From Euprymna scolopes (taxonomy: Eukaryota): a DNA stretch of 64,000 bases. The stretch lies in the NCBI GenBank assembly GCA_053919585.1, contig CM132793.1; one strand, given 5' to 3'. A model generated the notes under the pieces. That model worked only from the letters and a program-made list of their open reading frames with translations, was not told the origin of the DNA and did not search any database. Shown here in pieces: positions 1 through 10,959 of this stretch. The stretch's first letter is position 1. Each line of letters begins with the position of its first letter. Made by a program: the position numbers and the translations under genes.

Positions 1-329
1 ATTATTTTATTATTATTAGTTTTAATTTCCAAATCCAAACAATAAAATTAATTGAAACCCAAACGCCTACTCTTTCNNNNNNNNNNNNNNNNNNNNNNNN
101 NNNNNNNNNNNNNNNNNNNNNNNNNNNNNNNNNNNNNNNNNNNNNNNNNNNNNNNNNNNNNNNNNNNNNNNNNNNNNNNNNNNNNNNNNNNNNNNNNNNN
201 NNNNNNNNNNNNNNNNNNNNNNNNNNNNNGAGAGGAACACGTTTTACTCAAAGTATAACAATCAATTCCGTAAATGTGGGGATATTGATCTGTCAGTTTA
301 GTAGCAGGAAAAGTTGTCAATCAGTTTCA

Positions 330-725
330 GCTGATTTATTCGAAATGAAATAAACAAGTGTTTCAGAGGGGCAACATTGAGACATTCCATAAAACAGGAA
401 TTGTTGCAGCCACTTCTAGAAGTGTAAGCCATGTTTAGTTTAAGAACAGTTTCCGATGGTTAGTTGTTCTACACAAGTCCTGGAGGTGACTGGTTAGCAG
501 TAGACAGTTCTCGAGTTGGAATCCACAGATCAAGATATTCTACCCATGTTGGCACGAAGAAAACATGCGAAATTGCTACAGGAAGGTTTAATATTTATGA
601 AGCAATTCTGGTCTTTAATTGGTTGGTAGCAGAACGTGAATTAATTCGATTCGTCAGTATCTAGCAGCATTGCTTGAAATAGAATATCCCGACCGTGCAG
701 GATCATACCCTATTATTAAATCTTG
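330..725 (-). mobile_element. Copia-associated leader segment, copy 1 (PBS-like site, leader, possible gag start)
   Basis: Direct repeat of 2963-3145 (TCTAGAAGTGTAAGCCATGTTT...GTAGCAGAACGTGAATTAATTCGATTCGTCAGT...GGATCATACCC). The minus strand reads GGGTATGATCC, resembling the GGTTATGGGCCC copia PBS, then ATGGCTTACACTTCTAGA. Confidence 0.45.
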
Positions 726-1479
726 CGATATTTCCCCTATTTTTTATAATGGGGACGTACCTTTGGTTCATTCTGCTCAAAAATAAATATATATTTTTAT
801 ATTCAATTATGCATAAATAATTTAGAAATCATTTGGATCTTAAAATTTTAGCATGTAAAAAGACGCAANNNNNNNNNNNNNNNNNNNNNNNNNNNNNNNN
901 NNNNNNNNNNNNNNNNNNNNNNNNNNNNNNNNNNNNNNNNNNNNNNNNNNNNNNNNNNNNNNNNNNNNNNNNNNNNNNNNNNNNNNNNNNNNNNNNNNNN
1001 NNNNNNNNNNNNNNNNNNNNNNATTTTAAATTTTTACCTTAAAAGGGGATGGACATGTGAAAAAAGGAAGCCATTTCTTAAATTTGATTATGCAGCTTTG
1101 TTCAAAAATGCATACACATATACATATAAATGCATATACAATGAAAATTAAACAATGCAAAAAATAGGACATTTTTGATAAATAAGAAAGAAAACTCATG
1201 TGCATAAATAATAAAAGTCAATTAAATAAATAAAATAAGAATACAAAAAGCATTTGTCAAAAAGAAAATTTGCTAGGAATTGTTTGCAAAAAAGTGATTC
1301 AAAAACTATTTGTCTAAAAAGAATATTTACAAAGAAATGTTTGAAAAATGTGATTAGTTATGCATTGGTAGGTTAAAATATTAATACCAACAGTTTTACG
1401 TCTTGCTCAGGACGTTTTTTTTTCCTTTAATATATAGAAATTTATATATATACAGGCCCGTGAAAAATTATTCAAAGTC

Positions 1480-3145
1480 GAATCCTTCAACAAGTTTTGA
1501 AGCAGAACGCTTTAACTTTATTTTTGTTGTTATTGAATACATCAGCGATATTTTGTTCTGATGATATGCAATTCAAAATAATAGATTCCTTTTTACCTCG
1601 TCTTTTATGAAATGGTATTTTATATCTATGTGTTTAGATCTTTGGTGGCTTATTGTGTTCTGTGCTAAGACTATACTGGCTTGATTATCACAAATAATTA
1701 CTACGGGGATTTTAGTTAATTCTGGCTCTAAAATAGGCTTTAGGATATTTTTAAGGTAGAGTGTTTCCTGGGTCTTGTGTGTGCTCGCGATAAATTCTGC
1801 TTCACACGTAAAGAGAGATACAATCTGTTGCTTTTTAGATTTCCATGAAATAATAGGGCCATTTTCTAATAGTCTGACACAATATCCAGATATTCTTTTT
1901 CGATCTTCGTCGTTTCCCCAATCTGAATCTGAAACTCCTTCTAATTTTTTGGGATTTTTTTATTTTCTAGAGATTAACTTCTGGTAGTTCCTTTTAAATA
2001 ACGAAGGACATTTTAGCTTTGTTTAAATCCTTCATTGTCGGTCTTGATAATTTTTGTGACAGTTTTGTTACAGTATAGAATATATTAGGCCTCGTTGCAG
2101 TCATTAAATATACAAGGCTTCGTATGATTTCTCGGTATAATTTATCGTCTATTATTTCAGATTCTGTGTGTATAGTTTTATTAATAACATTTCCGACTGT
2201 ACGTTTCTTGCACTCTCACATTCCAAATTTTAATAGTATTTTGCCAATGTATCCCGATTGATTCATCGTAATAAGTCCTTTGCTTTGAGTAAATTATATC
2301 CTCCAAAACCAGGATATTTTGCCAAGATCGGTAATTTTGGATCTTTTCCTTAATTTGTTCTTAACATCGGTCAACATTATTTCACAATTTGATGCGATTA
2401 AAATATCATCGACCAATAAAACCAAAATTAGTAGTTTATTGCCTTTGTGTTGGGTATATAAACAGGGGTCTTCTGGGCATTGTTTAAATTGTTGTTTAAT
2501 CGTATAATCGTGAAATACTGCATTCCAACACTGAGCACTTTGCTTTAGGCCGTATAATGACTTGTTAAGTAATCACACGCTATTTTTATTTTTCATTATT
2601 AATCCCTCTGGAGGGGTCATATAAATTTCACAGTCTATTGGAGCGTTCAAATGAGCATTTTTGCATCCATTTGACGGATGTTTAGGTCATATTGCGATGC
2701 GATTTGCAATAAAATTCTGATTGTCGTTAGGTTTGTGGTCGGTGAAAACGTAGAAAAATATTCTATATGTAAATCTGAGATTATCCTTTAACAATAAATC
2801 TAGCTTTGTACTGTTCAACGCCTGGTGTTATAGTCTTTTTTGTAAAGATCCATCCTGTAGAAATGACATGTTTATCTTTTGGGAGAAGTACTACCGTATA
2901 TGTATCAATTCGAATTTTGATTCGAATCCATGGAAATAAAGATGTATGTCGGGTCCACAAACTCTAGAAGTGTAAGCCATGTTTCATATACGAAATTGCT
3001 ACAGAAAAGGTTTAATATTTATGGAGCAATTCTGGTTTCTGTTTAATTGGTAGCAGAACGTGAATTAATTCGATTCGTCAGTTCCTAGCAGCATCGTTTA
3101 TAAGTAGAATCTCCCAACTGTGCGGGATCATACCCATTATGAAAC
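1480..3145 (-). mobile_element. Degenerate Ty1/copia LTR retrotransposon (RT and RNase H relic), internally deleted
   Basis: Manual minus-strand translation gives LNKSLYGLKQSAQCWN (~2525-2570), LVLLVDDILIA (~2395-2430, YVDD-like), GVSDSDWGNDEDRKRISGY (~1880-1940), ISWKSKKQ..CEAEFIA and HQRSKHIDIKYHFIR. All are copia RT/RNase H motifs, broken by stops and frameshifts. Confidence 0.88.
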
Positions 3146-3154
3146 TCTCATGAT

Positions 3155-3485
3155 GGGATATGTCTCCTAGCGGCTTTGGCTGCAGAGAGACAGGGTAGAG
3201 TATTCGTCAAGGATTCGTTCTTGACACTCAACCCGACAGGTGAGGGGTCGGGAACCGGTCAGCACCTGTCGAACTGAGGTACACTGCTTGGGTATCACCA
3301 AGGAGGTCCACCCTCTCAGGCCTTACCACCTGGCTTTCGGGTAGGGCAAGTTTATTGCTTGTCGCCCGAGGCGCCTCTACCGGGGAATGCCGACGGAGGT
3401 GCCCAAGCAATTTTTGATGAGGCAAGAATTCCCTTCCTTTAGGAGACCTTGCCTATTCTCCACTTTCCAGCCTTGTGCACCATTT
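3155..3485 (-). repeat. GC-richer interspersed repeat, possibly derived from an RTE 5'UTR or SINE
   Basis: Sharp GC increase over the flanks, a hairpin CGACAGG..CACCTGTCG (3234-3270), and minus-strand GGCAAGGTCTCCTAAAGGAAGGGAA resembling RTE-type 5'UTR motifs. Confidence 0.3.
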
Positions 3486-3689
3486 TGCTGCGCTGGACAG
3501 CAGATAAATATCTACCCCATTATGAAATATTGCAACACCACTGATACTTATTTTGCTTTTTATATATATTGGCTTAGTTTTTATTGACTGACTTTTTACT
3601 GATGTATTTTCTTTATAATGTATGGAACGAAATCTCTGTGGATAACCATTACAGAGTACTGGATGCTGCATAGGCTGTATAAGTAGTAA

Positions 3690-4845
3690 TACTCCTTTCA
3701 TATTAATATGTGCCATTGCAAGAATGTTGACTGCTTATCTCAGCACACAGTCAATAGCATGACAAAGATTCTAGGAGATAAGTAGTTACTCCAGGAAAGC
3801 TGGACAACGACATTGAAAACTATTTAAACCGCACCCGAATCAGTATCTTCGCTTTTGCGCAAGGAGAAACAGTGCGAGAAACAGAGCCTTACAAAATAGC
3901 CTCCAGTAAGCTACTGGTGGTAATGTTTCTGACCAAAAATACGAAACCGGCTCCCTGAAGGATGTCTGTCGGCGTTTTTTAGGAAGAGTGTGCTCACTAC
4001 CAAGCACCGCAGAGAACGATTGGCATTTGCTATAGACGACCAGGATTGATTTGACGCACTGTGCTCTTCACTAATGAGAGCAAGTTTTATCTGAGCGAAT
4101 GCGACAGGAGAAAAAGGGTCAGGAAATGCCGGTTAGACTGTTATATTGCCTGCAACACCATCCAGCATGATCTGTTTTGTAGTGGGTCAATAATGGTTTT
4201 GGGAGATATATCCCTGGATGGACGCATGTACTTATTTAGATTAATTAATAACACACTTATAGCTATTAGTATCGAAATACTATCTTGGGACTAATTGTAG
4301 GAATCTACATTTGTCATAAGAATCTGGGTCCCCCCTGTTCCATTACAATGTCCGACCTCATGTGGCTAGAGTATGCAGGCAGTTCATGGAGAATGAGAGA
4401 AAGTGATACTATGTTCACCTGACCTAAACCTAATAAAATACCTCTGTGATATTATGTTTAGGTCCATCTGGTACGCCAATTTGCTCCTCAGACTGTCCAG
4501 AAATTAAGTGATCTTGTTTAGATCATGAAAGTGATCACCCAGAACACTATTTGTTATCTCATTCGGAACATGCAACGACATTGTCAGGCATGCATACAAG
4601 GAAGTTGGCCAAACAAATTACTGAAAACCATTTAAAGTTTCTACAATTTCTCGGCAAAATTGACATGCTTACTGCATAAGTTTTTCACTTTTATTTTGGA
4701 GGTGACTTTAATTTACCCTCTTATTTAGGTCGATCATTTTTATTTTTATCAAATTCTGTAGAATAATTACCTAATTACCAAGAAAAAATATTTAACCCAT
4801 TTTCCCCACCGTTTTGATCTGATGTGTTTTCGAAATGTTCCTTCA
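3690..4845 (+). mobile_element. Degenerate Tc1-family DNA transposon (transposase pseudogene)
   Basis: LFTNESKF (first D motif), GSIMVLGDIS, (D)NVRPHVARVCRQF (~4347) and SPDLNLIKYL (~4415, SPDLNPIE-like), with stops and frameshifts. Confidence 0.88.
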
Positions 4846-4865
4846 TCAGGGTAAGTGAATTGAAG

Positions 4866-5002
4866 GAAGATACCATCTTCAGACATAGTGTTTCACTGTA
4901 TCCCAGGTTTTCAGTACTGTTAGACTAACACCCATGCTTAACCAGGAATTGAACCTACAAACATCTAGTGTTTGTCGTCAGTTCTATCCTCTGGCCCATG
5001 GA
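4866..5002 (-). mobile_element. tRNA-headed SINE with decayed hammerhead ribozyme core (same family as 33567-33700)
   Basis: The minus strand has A/B-box-like TGGGCCAGAGG...GGTTCAATTCC, then GTCTAACAGTA-CTGAAAA-CCTG-GGATA-CAGT-GAAAC-ACTAT-GTC-TGAAGATGGTAT, which aligns with 33646-33703. Confidence 0.6.
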
Positions 5003-5528
5003 ATCGGTGTCTGCAAACAGTATCATGCCTGATTGCTTTGTTTAAAGAACAACCGCTTACGCTACACAGTTCGTTTATATTTAATTATTCGGACTCTTTA
5101 AATGTACCAATAAAACAATTATTTACAAGTTTAAATTCATGCTGTAAATGTGTTTTTCACTGATACATTCATGGTTTGATTTTACTTTTATGAAACCAAC
5201 TAAATATATTTCAAAGAAATTAATTTTATTTCTTCATAGTCTATGTTTCTGGTATTACATGGATTGAATGTGTAATCGCCGCTAGTCATTTCAGACAGAA
5301 TCGATGGGGAATTTCTATAGATTCATTAGATTTCGTGAAAATATATTTCTTATTGAAATTTATTATAATGTGCTTACCTCTAAAATATCTATTTTTAAAA
5401 NNNNNNNNNNNNNNNNNNNNNNNNNNNNNNNNNNNNNNNNNNNNNNNNNNNNNNNNNNNNNNNNNNNNNNNNNNNNNNNNNNNNNNNNNNNNNNNNNNNN
5501 NNNNNNNNNNNNNNNNNNNNNNNNNNNN

Positions 5529-7173
5529 GCAAATTGCCACTTTGGTGTAGGGGGCTACTCTCAGGGGCAACAACTACTGGGGTACTATGTAGGGATTTGG
5601 GCAGCAAGGTGTCGGTTCACGTTACACTTGAACTTCTGCATGTCAGTACTGTTGGGGAAGCAGGGACCTGGAATGGAATTCCAGAGTCTTGCGGTTCTGG
5701 GGAAGAAACTATTGGAGTAAAAAGATCTTTTACATCTAGGGACCTCTACAGTGTGGGGTGGGATCTAGTAGCCTGTCGGGTTTGTCGAGGGTGCTCGCGT
5801 CGTGGGGGCACAAGTGATTGCAGTTCGTCAGAGCACTCACCACTAAAATACTTGTAGAAAAGGCAGAGGGATGCAACATTTCGTCGATGGGACAGAGGCT
5901 GAAGCTTAGATGCCAGTTCAGGGCCTATCAGGTTTGCGACTCTCTTTTGAACCTTGTCAAGGAGCGAGAGACTAGTAGCCGATGCACCAGCCCAGATGTG
6001 GCAGCAATACTCCATACATGGGCGAATGGTGGCCTTATAGAGGTACAGGATACTTTCGGGTGTTAGTAGTTTTCTTGCAGCGGCCCTGGCAATGCCTTCA
6101 ATGTAATTGTTCCAACTCATGTTTCCTGTGAACGTTAGGCCAAGGAGTTTGAAAGATGGACTCTCAGATAAAGAGTCGTTGGCCATTGCTATGGGTGGTA
6201 GAGAGGGTTTCTTGTAATTATTGAATGAAACTAGTTTAGTCTTGGCAGCATTGAACGCGACCAACCACTTTTGTCCCCATTCCACTACAGATTGGAGGTG
6301 TTCCTCTAGTGTTTCTGCCATTTCTTTAGAAATGTGTTCATTCGTCTTCCTGTCGTGTCTGCCATAGAGTGTAGTGTCATCAGCATATATACCCATCTCA
6401 GAGGCAATGTTGTCGGGGAGGTCATTTATGAATATCAGGAACAATAGAGGTCCAAGGATAGAACCCTGGGGCACTCCCGCATTTATATCATATTGTTTAG
6501 ATGTGCGACCGTCGAGGACTACCTGGATTTTTCTCTTATCTAAGAAGGATTTAATTATGTTAAGTATTCTACCAGTGATACCGTATGATCTGATTTTACT
6601 GAGGAGACCCTCATGCCATACCCTGTCAAAAGCCTTAGATATATCTAGAGCTTTGTCCAGTGAATGGTATATACGTTCAGAGATCACAGTGAGGATGTCT
6701 GCTGTGGAACGGGCTTGTCTAAATCCATATTGTTTGTCAGTCAGTAGTTTAGCATCTGTAAGATGATGGACTAGAGCATGGTTAATTATGGTCTCAAATA
6801 TTTTGGCAAAAAGTGGGAGGAGGCTAATGGGGCGATAATTTGATGGATCTGTCCTTTCGCCAGAATTCTTGAATACTGGTACAACAGAAGCAGTTTTCCA
6901 ACAGCCCGGAAAGCAGGCTTCATTAAGACATTTGTTGTAGAGTTTGGAGAGAACTGGAGCTACTTCGGCTGAGCACTTTTTTAATAGCACATCTGGGATA
7001 AGATCGGGTACACATGCTTTTGAGGTGTCAAGGTTTTTTATGATAGCATGCACCTGAGCAGGGGTGGTTTTCAGATCGTCTAGTGTGGCGTCTGTCCCCA
7101 TAGGAAAGTCAGGTAGGGGGTTGTTGGAAGGGTCCAGTGTGGAGTTTGAAGCAAACCGGTTATAGGTTAGCAT
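5529..7173 (-). mobile_element. 5'-truncated CR1-group LINE, ORF2 reverse transcriptase plus 3'UTR
   Basis: 475-aa ORF 5746-7173 with NYRPISLL, QYGFR, LDISKAFDRVWH, GVPQGSILGPLLF, YADD and RPCMEYCCHIW. After a frameshift near 5755 the C-terminus continues as FYSNSFFPRTARLWNS. The 5' truncation abuts (TA)n. Confidence 0.93.
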
Positions 7174-7188
7174 ATGTTATTTTATATG

Positions 7189-7189
<1 letters not shown>

Positions 7190-7242
<53 letters not shown>
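7190..7242. repeat. (TA)n microsatellite
   Basis: Direct observation. Confidence 0.95.
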
Positions 7243-7244
<2 letters not shown>

Positions 7245-7429
7245 AGGGGTTAAAAGAAAAATATATTTCTTTAAGAGGAGACTTATCAGAATAATGCAAA
7301 GCTCAACAATTGTTTTGCAGCTTATATATAAATCAATAAAGAAAATGACAATATAAAAATATATACTAGTGTATATAAATTTATTCATTTATTCAATATG
7401 GGGTATATATCAGTTAGGGGAATTAGGTA

Positions 7430-7482
7430 AGAAATTTGTATACCATGGTATTTCGAAGTATAATGCTTCTCATCAGAAAAAA
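7430..7482 (-). ncRNA. Minimal type I hammerhead ribozyme motif (Penelope-type), stem I decayed
   Basis: Minus strand reads CTGATGA-GAAG-CATTATA-CTTC-GAAA-TACCATGGTA-TA-CAAA: complete core, 4-bp stem II and a palindromic stem III. Confidence 0.6.
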
Positions 7483-8057
7483 AAAGAAGATGCGAGCTAA
7501 CATAATAGGGGGCGGCGTCTAGCGATAGTTATATTAAGAGCGAAATAATTGTGCAGTGAGAGATAAAATGTTGATACTCTTTATGGGTGGGAGAATTAAA
7601 TTAATCTCTGTGATATAAGAGAAGCATAGATTTTATGATATAATGAATGTAGGTGTATAACATATTTGCCATGGTGAGTTTATTATATGTGTAACCATAT
7701 GCGTGATGAAACTCTCGCAGGAAATATAGGATAAGTGAATTAAAGGAATATGCTTATTTAATCATATGTATTAATGAGTTATAGCTATGGAAAGAAGTTT
7801 ACTTGAAATAGGGGATTTATGCTACCCCTGTATCTTTTAGAAGGGGTAAATGAAATTATATCAGTACTTAAATAAAATATAAATTATTAGGAATAATATT
7901 ATAATAAGATAATAAATGTGACGGGATACATTATTAGGGATACAATATAGACTTTTTTAAGTGAATGATAAAAGGGATAAACAGATCGTAGAACAAGGGT
8001 ATAAAAATACAAAGGAGTATGGAATAAATAAATATAAAATATATAAGAATTATATAA

Positions 8058-8950
8058 TCTATATATATATAAGTAAACGTGTGTGTGTATGTGTGTGTGT
8101 GTGTGTGTGTGTGTACATTTCCCTACGCAATAATTCTGTCAATTTTAAGTATACAGACTCGAAATTTGATATACAGGGTACTGAGATTTGGAAAAATCTT
8201 TGTAATTCGTTTCGGCCAGAAATTTCGCTGTTAAGAGGTCAAAGTTCAACGATTTGACTTTTGAGGACTCTACCAAAGTCCTCCGCAAATTTCGGGTCTG
8301 AACACTTGAAATTTTATATATAGGTTCCTTGGACATACATCTAACTTAAAAAAACTTGATTTGAGCCCAAAACAATAAATGTTAAGAGGTCATAATAGTG
8401 GTTAAAGTTAAGAAAAATTGACCTCTGTGGTCCCTACCAAATTACTCAGACAATTTCTGGTCTAAAGATTTGAAATTTTACATAAAGGGTATTCAGAGGT
8501 AGGGCAAGCTTTTTAATCGGTTTAGGTCGAACATTTTTAGTTACTAAGATATAAATGTATGCATGTATGTATGTTTGCATGTCTATCAAAACCTTTGACA
8601 GAGGCGAAGGATTTTTAAAAGATCAGTATCGTTTTGCAGTTCGAACTTTCAGACGACAAATAGCGAAAAATTGGCTAAAAACATTAATATCTTCACCTTC
8701 AATTGGGAACATTCTACAGGAGAGGCCGTTTTTTTCGCCGATATTTTCGAAAGTCATCCTCTCCTTTCGATCGTCTAGCCTTAATTAAAACCTACGCCAA
8801 TTCCGGTTTGGCGGTGGTCGTAACAGCAAAGACGTCAGGTTTTCCCCGTTCTTTTCCTCATTGCGGTACGGGTTCGAGCCTGGCTTCCTACTACCACTTT
8901 TTTTTTTGCTCAACATACACCTCCAAACACCCGGGCAACGCCGGGCTGAA
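8058..8950 (-). mobile_element. Non-autonomous Helitron-like (DINE-1/Lep1-type) element
   Basis: Reverse-complement homolog of 9527-9975. The head hairpin CCCGGCGTTGCCCGGG is at ~8930-8945 and the tail has (CA)n then TATATAGA. It carries extra internal sequence (~8430-8900) relative to the other copy. Confidence 0.65.
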
Positions 8951-9037
8951 ATGATAGTAATAGTAAATAATAAAGGTATAAGAAATCGAAAGTTATTAAA
9001 TATAGGAGAATAAAAAATAGACATAAAACATAAGTAT

Positions 9038-9177
9038 TAAAATAACAAAATATATAGAGCCAAGTGATTTAAGAAATGAAATGAAATGAAAACACGACAA
9101 TTAGTAAAATAACAAAATATATAGAGCCAATTGATTTAAGAAATGAAATGAAATGAAAATACGACAATTAGTAAAAT
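9038..9177. repeat. 67-bp tandem duplication (2 copies)
   Basis: TAAAATAACAAAATATATAGAGCCAA...ACGACAATTAG starts at 9038 and again at 9105. Confidence 0.9.
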
Positions 9178-9526
9178 TTACAGTAGGAGAAAGTTCTTAT
9201 GTTGTGTAAAGTGTTTAGTTTTTTTATGTTGAGCTCATATTATAAATATATTCGATTTTGTTTAATATATATATTACTATGTTCATCTTAGAATAGGGAA
9301 TTGTCGGTAATAAGCATTTTCTAATTCCATTTATTTACCTCGAACGAGTGAACTCCTTACAACAGACACGTTGAAGCTGAATCAATGGTATCATCAGGAG
9401 AATATCGTACCAGCCAGTTTGGGCGCCTTACTCTCAACCGTTCTGACACTGTTTAAGCGCCTTACTCTTACCATCATGACACTAGTACGTGACGATCTTC
9501 CCCGTTTGACTTAGCAATATTTAATA

Positions 9527-9975
9527 CTAGCAGGGGTGCCCGGCGTTGCTCGGGTGTTTGGAGGTGTATGCTGTGCAAAAAAAGCAAAAAAAAAACAAAA
9601 ATGGTTAATTTTTTAAAACTTTGACCCCTATTATGACCCCTTAAAATTTATTGTTTCGGGCTCAAATCACTTTATTAAGTTGGATCCAGGTTCAAGGAAC
9701 CTATATCTAAAATTTCAAGTGTCTAGACCCAAAATTGTCGGAGGAGTTTGGTAGAGTTCTTAAAGGTCAAATCGTTGAAATTTGACCCCTTAACAGCCAA
9801 ATTTCTGGCTGACACCCGTCACATCGATTTTCCCAAATCTCAGTACCCGGTATTTCAAATTTCGAATCTATAGACTAAAAATTGACAGAGTTATTGCGTA
9901 GGGAAATGTACACAGACAGACAGACACACAGACAGACACGTTCACTTTTATAGATATATAGATAGATAGATAGAT
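9527..9975 (+). mobile_element. Non-autonomous Helitron-like (DINE-1/Lep1-type) element
   Basis: Starts ACTAG...GCCCGGCGTTGCTCGGG and ends (ACAG)n...TTTTATAGATATATAGATAGAT, the typical architecture of these elements. Confidence 0.7.
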
Positions 9976-10959
9976 TGCGCTGACTATTGCTTATTCTTGC
10001 ATAAAATTTTGTCACTGCGATTTCATTTTGACAAAAAGTTTTGTCTATATAATAAAAAATTAGATTTCCAATTCATCTCAGCTAGGATCATTCGCTTTCA
10101 GTCACAACCAACGTGAGGTTTTTTCTGCTCTGGTCTATATTTCTACTGTCGTTCTTCTTGCGTCTTTTTCTTTCAATCCAATTCAAATTTTGACTAGGTA
10201 CCGAAAACCGTTTCAAATTAACATACAGTTTCTATTCCGGTATAGTGATATTCATCTCCCATCTGTTGTCTATATACTCTTCAACCAACTTTCTGTATTT
10301 TACTTCTTTTCTGTTGTTTGCACTTTTGATGCTATCTTCTCAATTACTATTAACTTTATTCTACTTACTTTTCTACTATCTTCATATCACCATATCTAGC
10401 CTTTGAGTTGTTTCAATCACAAGAAAAACTAGAGGTTTTTCTATATAAACATTAATTGCCATTATCGTACACAATTTTTAGCTGCATTTGTCATTTTCTA
10501 TTCGTTGTATTGTAAGCATGCAGCGGTCCTGCTGTTTTAACAATGTCGGTAACCACGGCTTTCCGCTGTAATATCAGAGAGACAAGTAAAGACGATAGTT
10601 TCCCGTTGCTTTTTCTCTTGATGCATATACCTCAGTAAGTTAAACGCGCCTTCAGATATAAACCTGGAAATTTATACGACTCGGCACGGTACATACAGCG
10701 CCTAGCCTTCTCAAATGGTCAATTATTTGGTATTGATCAGGCTCACCGTTCCTTAACCGGCGATCCGATGAGAACCGGTGTGTCAACGTGATTGTGCCGT
10801 TGTATTACAAGAGAATAAAATAGAACGAATAGAAAGCCGACTAAGATAAAAATTGGAGAGAGGAATAGAAAATTAATGTTGATTTAGAATTACTTTTCTA
10901 TCTCTTAAAAGTCTTTATTTCTAAAACTACAACTTTGTTTTTCCCCCATCATTTATTTC

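Noticed and set aside
48-1042. ORFs spanning N runs (also at 5286-5720, 19015, 33757-35231 and 38371-39103)
   Set aside because: They stay open only because N codons are not read as stops.
9360-9400. Possible further hammerhead on the minus strand (CTGATGA...TCAACGTGTC)
   Set aside because: The GAAA core is absent and stem II is poor, so it is too degenerate to call.
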